The notes under the pieces: model-generated
Seen by the model: the letters and a program-made list of their open reading frames with translations, nothing else
The model's database searches: none
What the model was told of the DNA's origin: nothing
In this document: positions 20,690-32,385 of the stretch, in pieces
Layout of the letters: every line of letters begins with the position of its first letter
How positions within the stretch are numbered: position 1 is the first letter of the stretch
DNA from: Octopus bimaculoides
Lineage: Eukaryota
Reading direction: 5' to 3'
Assembly (NCBI RefSeq): GCF_001194135.2
Contig: NC_068982.1
Location: forward strand, 187,297,116-187,330,943
Length of the DNA: 33,828 nt
Position numbers and translations under genes: made by a program

Positions 20690-21900
20690 CAATGCAATAG
20701 CTGCCATATTCAAAATTGGTATTAACTCAACAACAGACACTGATGGCTTTCTTAAAAGCATGTAAAAAAAAGCATAGGCTAAACCACTTGAATTACTTTT
20801 CCATAGCTTTCTCGAGAGAAGGAAACCCCACAAAACCAGGAGTAAGACATAATGTGTCTTAAACCAAAAAGAATGAAGCCAAATAGAAGATGGCTTCCAT
20901 ATATCAACAAGGTCATGGAACAACTCATCAGAAAATCAGGTTCTTAGAGGGAAAATGGCTAACTGAATAATACAGAGCTTAGTTTCTATCTATGTAGAAG
21001 CTGCTCCAGGAAGATGTGTCACACAGCTTCTGCTGCATCACGACTGCATACTTTAGCTGCTCAACTAATTAAAATGTGATGTAATGTACTTAGATTTTGT
21101 AATGAGCTTTTTTTTAAAGTTGATCACAAGATAATATTTCACAAATTTCGTGATTGGTGTATAGTTGCAGCCTAGGAGAATGGCTGTATGGTTTGCTAAA
21201 AACACAAGTCAGATTGTTGTAGCCAACGTTGTCTTTAGAGTTGGAACGGGCTAATAGGGAAGGGCTACCATAAGAGATGGTGTTTGTAATAGCTCTATCA
21301 GACTTATTCTCGGTTATCAACAGAACCTTTCTTAACATACTTATGACCATGATAGGAGATATCTAAAAGCTTGTACAAGGATCTCGATGCTGTGTACTGA
21401 TGTCCTGAAAAAAAATGGAACAAAATGAAGTTCAATGCCTGAAAGTCTCAAGTGTTTTGTGACGAATCCTCTGGCAATACAGGACAACATGGACGCACAG
21501 GCCCGACGGAAGGGGCTATAATAACAGAGTTAGAGACTGTACTGAAGCTGAGAATTGTAACATCTGCAGAAGAATGGCAGAGTGGATTGTGAGATGATTC
21601 AGAGTAAGTGCAAAGGATGTCAAGTGTTTCGTCAGAAAAATATTTGTTCTTAGTCGCCGTGATTAATGCTGCCGGCTGTGGTTGCTATTTACAGCCGAGG
21701 TCGGTTTTGAACTGGACACAAGCTAAAGGATCCACACAGAGAACGTTGATTCTTTACACTAGATGAGTTATTCAGAGATTGACAACTTCGAAGATGAACT
21801 CCGAAGAATCAGAAACGATATGTAAGTTCTGGAAGGACATTGAAGAACATGTCGGGTGGGAGTGTAGTAGAGAAGACATGTCAAAATTGCAGTTACTGTG
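20690..21900 (+). pseudogene. Heavily decayed CR1/L2-type LINE reverse transcriptase region
   Basis: Broken frames give, in the expected order: NSTTDTDGF; AKPLELLFHSFLE; HINKVMEQLIRK; GRCVTQLLLHHD; DVMYLDF..KVDH; LGEWL; KDLDAVY*..NKMKFNA*KSQV; TGP.EGAII.E; CRRMAEWIVR*FR; VLSRRD*CCRLW. The YADD motif is not recognisable. Confidence 0.85.
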
Positions 21901-22489
21901 TCAGTGAGATGCTGTTTTGAATGTAGCGCTGTTGCAGCGACATTGCTGCATGCGGGCTGGGTATAGAGTGAGATAATGAAGTGGTTTAAAATGTTGTTTG
22001 GGGTGTAAAGTAATAGTGACGTTAAGTTGTCCTTACTTTCATTCTTTCTCTATCACTCTCTCTCTCTCTCTCTCTCTCTCACACCCTCTCTCTCCCACTC
22101 ATCACAACTCACTTTAGATAAAAGAATTTAATCAAATCCTGACGTCCATGATGGTATCGTCTGCTCCAGTGAAACTCGAGTCGCCATTAAAAAGACTAAT
22201 GCTTGAGATAGAAATCTCTTGTAATAATAGCTAGTCTTTCTACTATTTCAAACAAACATTTAGCAATTACATCATATTATCGCTTTTATTTGAGAGAAAA
22301 GGGATTTAAGTTATCCACAGATTAGGATTAACTTTGAGCGGGAGATATTCAACACCTCGTTGGTTTTGTTTAGAATCAGCCATGATCTCACAACAGCACA
22401 CGCCTCTCTTTGAAAAGAGAGAAAATAATAATAAGAAGAAAAGGTTTAAATGTTTGCTTTAGTGAATTCCTTCAGATATTTTTACAATT

Positions 22490-22856
22490 TCTACTTATTT
22501 CAGTCTGGACTGTGACCATGCTGGGGCACCGCCTTAAAGAGTTTTAGTTGAACAGATCGACCCCAATACTTACTTTCTTTTAAGCCTAGTACTTATTCCA
22601 TCGGCCTCTAACCAAACTGCTAATTTACGAGGACGTAAACAAACCAACACCGGTTGTCAATTGGTGGTGTGACATACATACATACACACATACATATATA
22701 CACGACGGGCTTTCACACAATTTCTGTCTACCAAGTTCACTGACAAGGCATTGGTCAGCCCAAGACTATAGTAGAAGACGCGCAAAGTGCCGCGCATGGG
22801 ACTGAACCTGGAACCACACGGCTGCTGAGTGAGTGTCTTAATCATATAGCCATGCC
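22490..22856 (-). mobile_element. Family A SINE
   Basis: Reverse-complement match over head, centre and tail. Confidence 0.85.
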
Positions 22857-24356
22857 TGGGTCATTGTAAAAGAATTAATGTAAAATGGTCAAGAGAATCT
22901 AAACGCTTGCTACGCAATACTCTTAGTATTATCTCTTTTGGATAGAGAGGAATGAGACAACAACTTCTGTAGCAAGACTCCTGAGTTTTGAACTATTGTG
23001 CTCCGGCCGACCATGCTGCTGTAAAAGGCAAGGCTTGTTTGGGAAAATTTGTGTAGTAATTAAAAGGCATTAACGTCTACGTGAACATGGCTTGGCCAGT
23101 CAAATCAGCTGGTGTGTAAACCAAGTGAGCTTAAATCTTCCCGCTTAATAGTTTGGTCGAATCTTCTAGAATAACTCCGTTGGGTTATAAAAAGCTGGCG
23201 AACTGAACCCCCAACAGAATCATCCAGAAGTCTACACGAAGCCATGTAGCTCTCTTCTCAGTGAATTGGTCTCTCACCCTCTACTAATTTTCCTTACATG
23301 CATGTGTAATATTCGACAAAAGATACAGCCTTTGGTTGCAATGTACGTACATGCAGTAGTTTTAACTGTCTGCTTATTCCGTCTTCAATAACTATGAACT
23401 ACTTTCATAATATTGCCTAGCATTTTGTATCACAGAAGACATTTAACTATTATGTTCGTTCTCTCATAAATGTCGTTATGTACACATGTCAATATAAAGG
23501 TTGTGGTTTAATAAAAAATATATGAAATCTCAAATATATATTAGTCGTTCTCGTCTTTACATGTAGCCTACCTAATATTGTGTACTACTAACGACGAATT
23601 AATAAACTCAAAACCTACTAAACTTCTAAATTTACATCACTGGTAAATGTGACTTCAATTTCCTCCAGTCAGGCAAAAGGACAAGCTTACAGAGTTTCTC
23701 TATTGAGAGAATCTCAATTCACAAAGGTCTCAGAAAACAGCTGGAGATGAACGGAAATATAGTTACAGACAAAAAAAAAAATGATAGAAAAAATGAAAGA
23801 AAATGCTATTTTGTTTAGGGAATAAAAGTCAAAAGAAAGTATATATACCATTTCATTTAAAAAGCGTAAATAATTATGAGAGTAATTAAACATATTAGCA
23901 GTAGCTGTGGAAATTAGAGTCATTTTGAAAAACTATAAGAAGTTGGAAGTTAAGAGAACGATAGAATACGTAATTTCTTTTGAAATTGTATCTTTTTTTA
24001 AGCGTTTGATTTATGAGATAATATAACGTCGGCATAAGCAGTACGAAAAGTACTTTGTTAGGAGAGAATGTCTTTGAAAACCATATTCTTTATTGTAACC
24101 TTCTTCGGTATACCTTGAGAGTTGTTCTCTATTACTTTATTTTTACACCAAGAAATGAATACGCCCTACACAGAAACACACCAACTTTCGTTAGCGATTG
24201 AAATTATTGGAAGTTTATGAAAAGAATAGTGTAGATAGAAAACGCTTTAAGCCACTGCTATTCAAAATGGTGGTCCGCGGACCGGTGCCGGTTCGCGAAC
24301 CATCAGCTGCCGATACGCAGCGAGTTTCCAGAAAAGAAAGGAACATTATAAAATGC

Positions 24357-24487
24357 TTAACACCCGCACGATCTTCACTACGGTTTTAGGGTTTTAGGGT
24401 TTTAGTGTCAGGGTTAGGGTTAGTGTTCGGGGTTAGGGTTACGGTTAGGGACGGAATTCCCTAACACAAACCCTAACTCTAAACCCT
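24357..24487 (+). mobile_element. Second, right-truncated copy of the TTAGGG palindrome element
   Basis: TTAACACCCGCACGATCTTCACTACGG + degenerate (TTAGGG)n + GGACGGAATTCCCTAAC, as at 7930-8012. Confidence 0.8.
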
Positions 24488-25167
24488 TCAAAATAAATCG
24501 CGCTCTCTGTATGTCTTTCGCTGTTATGACGTCGTTTCCCTGTTTCTCTCGAACACTTTTTACGGAAAAAGCCGATCTTTGGTAAAGATCGCCGAAGACA
24601 CTTTTTACAGAAAAGGCCGATATTTAGGAACTCGTATCGAAAGATCGCCTTGTATTATTTGTTTACAAAATAAATATAAGATAAACAAAAATTGTCAACA
24701 TTTATTATATTCATTATATATATTGTTTCCGGTATAAATTAAAATTACTAAGAAATATTACCGGTCCCTGGCAAATTGGAAAAACAAAACTGCCGGTACG
24801 CCACATCAGATAGTGTGAGAAGCACTACTTTAAGTACCATCGAAGGTAATCGAGGACGTAGTTACCTGTAACATAATCGTACGACGATACAACTAGAGAT
24901 AAATCTTTAAACAGATCTTAATACGCAATGGTACATCTTTATTTTCATATGACAGAAGAGTGCATATGAGGCTACGTTGTATAGAGTTGCTTCATTCAGC
25001 TGTGTGTATCCGCGCGTCCAGGCATGGGGTATAATGAGACTCAAAGGACCACAAGGCAGGTTGTGACTTGCCTCATGAGCATTTGAATACGCCGATGCAA
25101 ATATTATTAATCTTTACTATAGTACTAAGTATTCATCCTTCTCATGGTCAATACTAAATCATTAAAT

Positions 25168-25204
<37 letters not shown>

Positions 25205-25500
25205 NNNNNNNNNNNNNNNNNNNNNNNNNNNNNNNNNNNNNNNNNNNNNNNNNNNNNNNNNNNNNNNNNNNNNNNNNNNNNNNNNNNNNNNNNNGAGAGA
25301 GAGAGAGAGAGGGAGGGGGTTATAAGCGGTAGTGGTGTCATTAGACCCAGAGGTTTCAGGTAATGCTGAGTAACTGCTATGGATAGACCATAGTTAAGCT
25401 CCAGGTTCGGTGATTATGCGAATAAGGGGTCCAACGTAGGTCATATATCAGTGTGTGAATATAAGGATTTACTTTTCGTAATGAGATAAAAAAATAAAAA

Positions 25501-25706
25501 AAGGCTGTGTATATTTTAGAACATTTATAAATAGGTCTTACGGATATTTATTATATCCCTTCATCAGAGACGGTGTGAGAGGATGATTAGGCAATAGTTA
25601 ATTTCGATAACATATTGCTTAACCATCCTCTCACACCGCCTCCAATGAGGGGATATAATAAACATCCTGGAAACAACTGTAAATGTTCTAAAATATACAC
25701 AACCTT
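25501..25706. mobile_element. Head-to-head inverted pair of a Penelope-like terminal segment, each arm with a broken hammerhead
   Basis: 25501-25585 (reverse complement) aligns to 25624-25706 (CATCCTCTCACACCG...GGGATATAATAAA...AAATGTTCTAAAATATACACA.CCTT); 38 nt spacer. Confidence 0.7.
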
Positions 25707-25876
25707 GGTTTGTTTTTTTTATCTCATTACGAAAGTAAATCCTTATATATATACACACATGGTTACATGACGTCGCCAACAGTAAACAACATGAAATACG
25801 AAACAAATGAGTGCAGTACGCAAACAATGAGAGAAACAAATGAAAAACAGGACAAGTAACATATAGATATAAATAA

Positions 25877-26024
25877 AAAAAAGCAACACGGATTTTCAAG
25901 GTTATTGCAGTACGCATGTTTCCTGCAACTCCATTTATTTAAGTAATGCTTGTATTACTTAAATAAATAGAGTTGCATGAAACGTGCGTACTGCAATAAC
26001 CTTTAAAATCCGTGTTGCTTTTTT
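25877..26024. repeat. 148 bp near-perfect palindrome
   Basis: AAAAAAGCAACACGGATTTT...AAGTAATGC-TT-GTATTACTT...AAAATCCGTGTTGCTTTTTT; the arms differ at only a few positions. Confidence 0.9.
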
Positions 26025-26680
26025 CTTTTTGATTTTTGATCACCTTGTTTTTGGAATTGTTTGGATAATTCTGGTGCCTAAACTTAAGTGCCACATTCAA
26101 TGTTGAATCTAAAATTATATATNNNNNNNNNNNNNNNNNNNNNNNNNNNNNNNNNNNNNNNNNNNNNNNNNNNNNNNNNNNNNNNNNNNNNNNNNNNNNN
26201 NNNNNNNNNNNNNNNNNNNNNNNNNNNNNNNNNNNNNNTATATATATATATATATTCTAAGCTAAGCAAGCTTACATATAATAATAATCTAAGCTTAAGA
26301 AAGCTTAAGCAAACTGTAAGAGGGCTTTAGCATACTTGAATGTGACAGTAACATACTTAAAGCCGACAAAGGCACCGTCAGCCAACTCAGATAGTCTCTG
26401 ATAGCTGAGACATCCTCAGATAACTGGCAACACTCTCAGATAACACGGGCTTATTCAGATAACACTAAAATAAATAAAAAACACAGCCAAGTCTGAGCGG
26501 TTACATTTGCTGCGGGAGTAATGTGATTATTAATGTAATTCTTCGGAGCCATTTAAGGAAATGTGAAGAATTTGGGGGATCTGGGTTTGGAAGGAAGCGA
26601 ATAATTACCTTCTAAATATGCCAAGATTCTGAGCAGCTCACTCTTTATTCTTTATTTTTTAGAACACCGACTCAACGTAC

Positions 26681-26757
<77 letters not shown>

Positions 26758-26775
26758 ACTTACCTGATAACAGCG

Positions 26776-26809
<34 letters not shown>

Positions 26810-27369
26810 TGGAGGAATGAGCTCAGGTGATTTCAATAGGAATGACGCAGTTCTAAGATCTCAGAACCTGGCCCTTCCCGCCGCCTCCCATCTGACCTAA
26901 TTCGTAACCACAACCATCAAAATAGGGATCANNNNNNNNNNNNNNNNNNNNNNNNNNNNNNNNNNNNNNNNNNNNNNNNNNNNNNNNNNNNNNNNNNNNN
27001 NNNNNNNNNNNNNNNNNNNNNNNNNNNNNNNNNNNNNNNNNNNNNNNNNNNNNNNNNNNNNNNNNNNNNNNNNNNNNNNNNNNNNNNNNNNNNNNNNNNN
27101 NNNNNNNNNNNNNNNNNNNNNNNNNNNNNNNNNNNNNNNNNNNNNNNNNNNNNNNNNNNNNNNNNNNNNNNNNNNNNNNNNNNNNNNNNNNNNNNNNNNN
27201 NNNNNNNNNNNNNNNNNNNNNNNNNNNNNNNNNNNNNNNNNNNNNNNNNNNNNNNNNNNNNNNNNNNNNNNNNNNNNAATTATTTGAAAGAATGCAGAAA
27301 TGGAGAGGAAAGCGTATCGGTGTTGGAGGGTGAGGGGGAGATAAGGGTAGCAGGGAAAAACAATGAAAT

Positions 27370-27515
27370 CGACAACAACCATAACACCGTTTTCAGCATT
27401 ACCATCAACACCACCATCACCACCTCCACCACCACCACCATCACAATCACTACCATCATCATCATCATCATCATCACTACGATCACCACCACCACTATCA
27501 TCAACAACATCAACG
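27370..27515. repeat. Compound (CAA/CAC/CAT)n trinucleotide tract
   Basis: Direct reading; source of the poly-T/I and poly-M/V ORFs. Confidence 0.9.
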
Positions 27516-28200
27516 GTACCCCCAACGTCGCCAGCATTATGAGGAAGCCTTCTACATCGACCTCAATATGCTGAAAATAGCAGCCAGATCTTCCAAAGCC
27601 ATAATTTCCGATCTGAAGACAAAAAACAAACAAACATGTTGGATAACGTGACTCTGGTTTCTCTGTGTGCAGGAAAAAGAACGGGACGATCACGGCTGGA
27701 TTGTCTTTGATCATAAATCGATCAAGGTTGGCTTCGGAGTGAACAACGACATCAACATCAAGAATTGACAAAGAAGAGGGAGAGAGAGTAAGAGAGAGGG
27801 AGAGAGAATGAGTGAGTCAATGAAAGCGAGGGAGGGAGAGATAGAGGCTGATATGACAGAAACGAGGGGGAAAATGGGACACAACCGGAGATTAGAAGTG
27901 TAAAAATACGCGTTTAGAGAGGATTGATAACGGATAAGGTCAGGGTAGTGGGTGAATCTAGCCGATAGAAATAATATATGGGGGATAAGTTGGGACAAGT
28001 TTTCCCCCCCTATCTCTATTAGAGTCCTAAGAAAGGGCGTGGCTTTAAAATGAAGTTGTGAAAGGACAATGACATATAGAGATAGTATGGAAGACGAGAG
28101 TGAAAGGAATCGCAACAGACTTTTTCGTTTCCCACATTGAAACGGAAAATAGGGCTGGAGAAGAAATGCCTGTCGCAAAGTGTGTTCCGTAAAAGATGGG

Positions 28201-28438
28201 AACGTAGTTCCCGGGGGAGATTCAGCGTGACCCAGTGTAACAAGGCTGGCCCTTTGAAATACAGGTACAGGAGAGAAATTAGTGTTGAAAGAGTACAGCA
28301 GGGTTCGCCTGTGCTGGAGCCTCGTGGAGCTTTTAGGCGTTTTCACTCCATAAACGCTCACAACGCCCTGTCTGGGAATCGAAACCGCGATCCTACACCG
28401 CGAGTCCGCAGTCCTAACCACTGGGCCATTGCGCCTCC
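28201..28438 (-). mobile_element. tRNA-derived SINE, family D (distinct head, family C-type 3' part)
   Basis: Head GGAGGCGCAATGGCCCAGTGGTTAGG...GGTTTCGATTCCC; 3' part CTGTATTTCAAAGGGCCAGCCTTG...CACGCTGAATCTCCC..GAACTACGTT is shared with family C. Confidence 0.8.
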
Positions 28439-28466
28439 ACACACACACACACATGTATATGGTGAA

Positions 28467-29058
28467 AGTGCGTGTTTTGGTGGATTCGGCTCACAATAAT
28501 AAGGCTGTGAGTTCGATTCCAGGCAACACATTTTGTCCTTGAGCAAGACACTTGTTTTCACGCTGCTCCAGTCAAAACCGCTGGCAAAAATGAGTTGCAC
28601 CTGTAATTCAAAAATTCCAGCCTTATTTCTTTATTGCCTACAAGGGGCTAAACATAGAGGGGACAAACAAGGACAGACAGAGGGATTAAGTCGATTANNN
28701 NNNNNNNNNNNNNNNNNNNNNNNNNNNNNNNNNNNNNNNNNCAGTGCGTAACTGGTACTTAATTTATCGACCCCGAAAGGATGAAAGGCAAAGGCGATCT
28801 CGGCGGGATTTGAACCCAGAACGTAACGGCAGACGAAATACCGCTAAGCATTTCGCCCATCGTGCTAACGTTTCTGCCAGTTCGCCACCTCAAAAAAGTC
28901 CAGCCTTGTCACCCTCTGTGTCGCGCTGAATCTCCCTGAGAATTATGTTGCGGGTACGTGTGTCTGTGGAGTGCTCAGCCACCTGCGCATTAATTTCACG
29001 AACAGGCCGTACCATTGTTCGGATTTACTGGAATAATCGTCGTCGCAAGTCGACGGAG
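28467..29058 (+). mobile_element. Family C SINE interrupted by a family B SINE
   Basis: GAGTTCGATTCC...GTCCTTGAGCAAGACACTT...CACCTGTAATTCAAAA resumes after 28890 and ends GTCGACGGAG. Confidence 0.85.
28625..28890 (-). mobile_element. Family B SINE nested in family C, near-perfect 16-17 bp TSD
   Basis: Flanks CAAAAATTCCAGCCTT (28609-28624) and CAAAAAAGTCCAGCCTT (28891-28907). Confidence 0.9.
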
Positions 29059-29099
29059 AACCGGGCTTCTCTATGTACATATTACGAATGTATATAGGT

Positions 29100-29202
29100 A
29101 GGCATGTAAATATATGCATATGCACATGTATGTGTGTATGCATGTATACACACATACATGCAAAGATATACATATATATATATACATACACATAAATATG
29201 CA

Positions 29203-29275
<73 letters not shown>

Positions 29276-29934
29276 AAGGTTAAGACCTGTCGGTTGTCTG
29301 GTGCATTTTATCTTGCATTGCGTAGGCATCAACGATATAAATAAACGGATGTAAAGTTTTATAATGAACAAAAGAAATAACGTCATCCAGGTTTTGACCT
29401 TCAAAAAAATGGGAGGGAATTTGAAAGCGAGAATAAAAGAAGGATTTCGAAAGGGTTTCTAAGTGAAAGTAAAACTTGTCGGTGCAATTAAGAGTTATGC
29501 AGTTAATGCGTCTCGTCATTCCATCAGAATTTCAACGATATGAGTTAATTAGCAGCAGTTTTTTTTTCTTTTAACATTTTCTCACGCATGATACATACAT
29601 ACACACATACATGCATACATACATACATACATACACACATGCATACATACATACAAATACACATATATTTACATATATCTATACATATATATATATATAT
29701 ATATATACATAGATATTTACTTATATGTAAACACACACACAAGCACAAATAGATATAACATACATCCATATACACATACACGACATAAATACATGTATAA
29801 AATTGTATAAATGTGTGCATGTGAAAAAGAAAGAAAGAGAGAGATATACACATATAAGGACATTTATATATGCCCCCCCCCCACACACACACACATATAT
29901 ATATACATATATATATATACATATATATATATAC

Positions 29935-29979
<45 letters not shown>

Positions 29980-30060
29980 TTACAAATAAAATGTGAGTAT
30001 ATGCATATATACGTGCATGTATGTACATACCTACATCTACATGTATATATAGATGCATAT
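29100..30060. repeat. (TA)/(CA)/(TG)/(CATA)n-rich low-complexity block
   Basis: Direct reading; source of the YIYI.. ORFs. A short unique stretch lies at ~29275-29570. Confidence 0.85.
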
Positions 30061-30154
30061 CTGGGTACAGGACGTTGCAAATAATATTTATATTATTCAT
30101 AATATAACAGATAAAAGATATTTTAACCTTCATCTTCCTTCTATCTACCCGTTA

Positions 30155-30375
30155 ACGCAGAAAAAAGACATAAACAGATAAAGGAGCCTTGACCGGCCGC
30201 TATCAGTTTGTACCGGTCGTCGTCGAGACCTCATGTGTTCTCGGACCCCGTGCTGCAGATTACGGGATAACTGCGGCCCGTCTGGGAAATGAACACCACG
30301 AGATAGGGTGACTATTGCAGCAGCGAGTGTTGTTGGCCATTCTCTGCAGCAACGCTTTTGCACTTATATTCCACG
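30155..30375 (+). pseudogene. CRE-clade-like non-LTR retrotransposon, restriction-like endonuclease C-terminus remnant
   Basis: AEKRHKQIKE/TGRYQFVPVVVETSCVLGPRAADY...RLG...*LLQQRVLLAILCSNA matches AE..K..KY..L...Y.F.P.AVET.G..G..A..F....RL......L.QR.S.AIQRGNA of CRE-type RLE domains; frameshift and stop present. Confidence 0.7.
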
Positions 30376-30416
30376 AGTCGCGACTAAACATACCATTTGT
30401 TCTGTGGTGGGCGAAA

Positions 30417-30518
30417 GTAAAGAATACGCACACCCGGTGTTTAGGGTTAGGGCTTAGGGTTAGCGTTAGGGTTAGGTTTTTTGTTACGTCGAAAACGGGT
30501 GGTGTGCGTATTCTTTAC
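30417..30518. mobile_element. Second type of TTAGGG-cored element with ~20 bp inverted ends
   Basis: GTAAAGAATACGCACACCCG (30417-30436) versus CGGGTGGTGTGCGTATTCTTTAC (30496-30518); about six TTAGGG-like units at 30441-30476. Confidence 0.7.
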
Positions 30519-30867
30519 CTCCGTCCTCCCCCATTCCATCTTCTGCTGCTTAATCTCCCCTCCTTTCTTTTCCCTTTTTCTTTTTTTGTTTCCTTGGTGA
30601 GGTACTTATGGGTTTTCTTTCCACCCGATAATTTGATCTTTTCTTTTAATGCTTTTTTTCCCTTTTCTTCCAGTAAAAGAGTAAAAGTAAAACTATGCAT
30701 CTGATTAAATTAATTAGCAATCCTGTGATTAACACACTAAATAAGAGGTATTAAATAAAATTAAATTTAAAAAGGTTACAGGGTGGTGTGTGTGTGAATG
30801 GGCAAGAGAGAATGTTTGAGTATCTGCGTGAATGTTTACGTGAGGATGTGTACAATGCATCATCGCC

Positions 30868-30922
30868 ACCATCATGATCATCATGTAACGTCAGTCTTCC
30901 ATGCTGGCATGGGTTGGATGCC
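30868..30922 (-). mobile_element. RTE-type 3' tail fragment
   Basis: Reverse complement CATCCAACCCATGCCAGCATGGAAGACTGACGTTACATGATGATCATGATG, similar to 1340-1396. Confidence 0.7.
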
Positions 30923-31489
30923 GTCATTTTGAACATTTTGAAAATATGAGTCCTGTTTTCTTTTCTTTTCTCCCCCCCCCTCCACCTCGAATTTCTAGAA
31001 CAAAGAAACCTTAGACTAAGAGGCAGCCAGCTACATTGAGGTAGGGGTTAGTACAGACAGCCTGAATCTGACACACTTCATGAGTTCCATTGGGTTTCGC
31101 TATTGTTGCTCTGTTTTTACTATTTTCGTCAAGGAATGCTGTCTAACAGCCAAGAATTCAAAGATATTTCCATCTGATGCCTGTTTTATTGGGCAGGTGA
31201 ATATCTCTGCTGACATAACAGTTTCTCTTACGCTTCTCTCTAATCTCATAAAAACCACACACACCCAAAAACAATCTCAATAAATTATAAAACGAAGAAT
31301 TTTCTCAGTCTGTCTTCAAACGCATAGCGGAACCGAGTAGAGGCCTGCAATCGGAGCCACTTCACCCACAAACCTTCATTTCACAGAACAAAGGAGCATT
31401 CTTTCCATGCTTCGTGTCACCATTTCTTATGGATAACATTTCTACGGAGGGGAATATTTCTACAGTGTGATATAAATTATTTTTTAACT

Positions 31490-31895
31490 GGGTTCAGTCA
31501 TTCGACTGTGGCTATGCTGGGGCACCGCCTTGAAAGGCTTTTGTCCAACAGATCGACCCCAGTATTGTTTTGTTTGGTACTTATTCTATTGGTGTCTTTT
31601 GCCGAACCACTCAGTCACGGGGACACAAACAACCGGCACCAATTGCCAACATGTGAAGATGAAGATACAGACACAAAGACAGTTATGTGCGTGCGTGTAT
31701 GTGTATGTGCGTGTGTGCGTGTGTGTGTGTACACGATGGGCTTTCCACAGTTTCCGTGTACCAAATTAATTCACAAGGCTTTGGTCAGTATGGAGCTATG
31801 GAAGAAGTCATTTGTCCAAAAGGCTCCGCTGAGGGACTGGCTGGCCCCGAAATCTCATGGCTGCAAAGTGAGCTTCTTAACCACGCAGCCATGTT
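31490..31895 (-). mobile_element. Diverged family A SINE
   Basis: GCTATGCTGGGGCACCGCC...ATCGACCCCAG...TACTTATTCTAT...CACAAGGCTTTGGTC...CTTCTTAACCACGCAGCCA. Confidence 0.8.
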
Positions 31896-32385
31896 GGTGC
31901 TTGTAGTTTAGTTATTGGTTGGAAATATTTCACTGCTCCAGCATGGCCACACAGGTAACTGGCTGGAGCAAGTAAAAATTGTTATTCAAGACCTTCCATT
32001 CTCATGAACCGATTGATGATGTTCTGTAAACTCATTAAGTTTAACATGAAATATCAGTTAGCCTCCAGTGGTCGCAGTCTACTTGCCTATCTGACTGTCT
32101 ACATATCTACCTGCCAATATTTGTTCATTTATCTGTACTTCTCTCTCTCTCTCTCTTTCTCCCTCTCCCCTTCTCTCTCTCTCTTTCTTTTTCTGTCTAT
32201 AAGGTCTACGTCTATATTAACGTTTGCTTTTGTGTTCAATTATAATAAAAACAATTTTACATTAATCCGATGAGATAATTAATACTTTTGTTGAGTACAA
32301 ATTTATTATTCTTAAACAAGAATGATAAATCTACATCTATATCTATCTCAAACACACACACACGCACGTATGTCTGTATGTATGT

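Noticed and set aside
20495-20923. 142 aa minus-strand ORF
   Set aside because: It is antisense to the CR1 RT remnant and crosses a (CA)n tract.
21763-21821. Apparent plus-strand exon (TAG|ATGAGT...GATAT|GTAAGT; MSYSEIDNFEDELRRIRND)
   Set aside because: It is the SY.ERL..L.L.SL.RRR region of the decayed CR1 ORF; the splice-like flanks are probably incidental.
22139-22188. GAAA-CTCGAG-TC palindrome resembling a hammerhead stem III
   Set aside because: The upstream CTGACGT is not a correct core, and its stem I arms do not pair.
27673-27726. Possible plus-strand exon EKERDDHGWIVFDHKSIK (similar case: ECCLTAKNSKIFPSDACFIGQ near 31133-31195)
   Set aside because: Weak donors, unrecognised peptides and no supporting neighbours.
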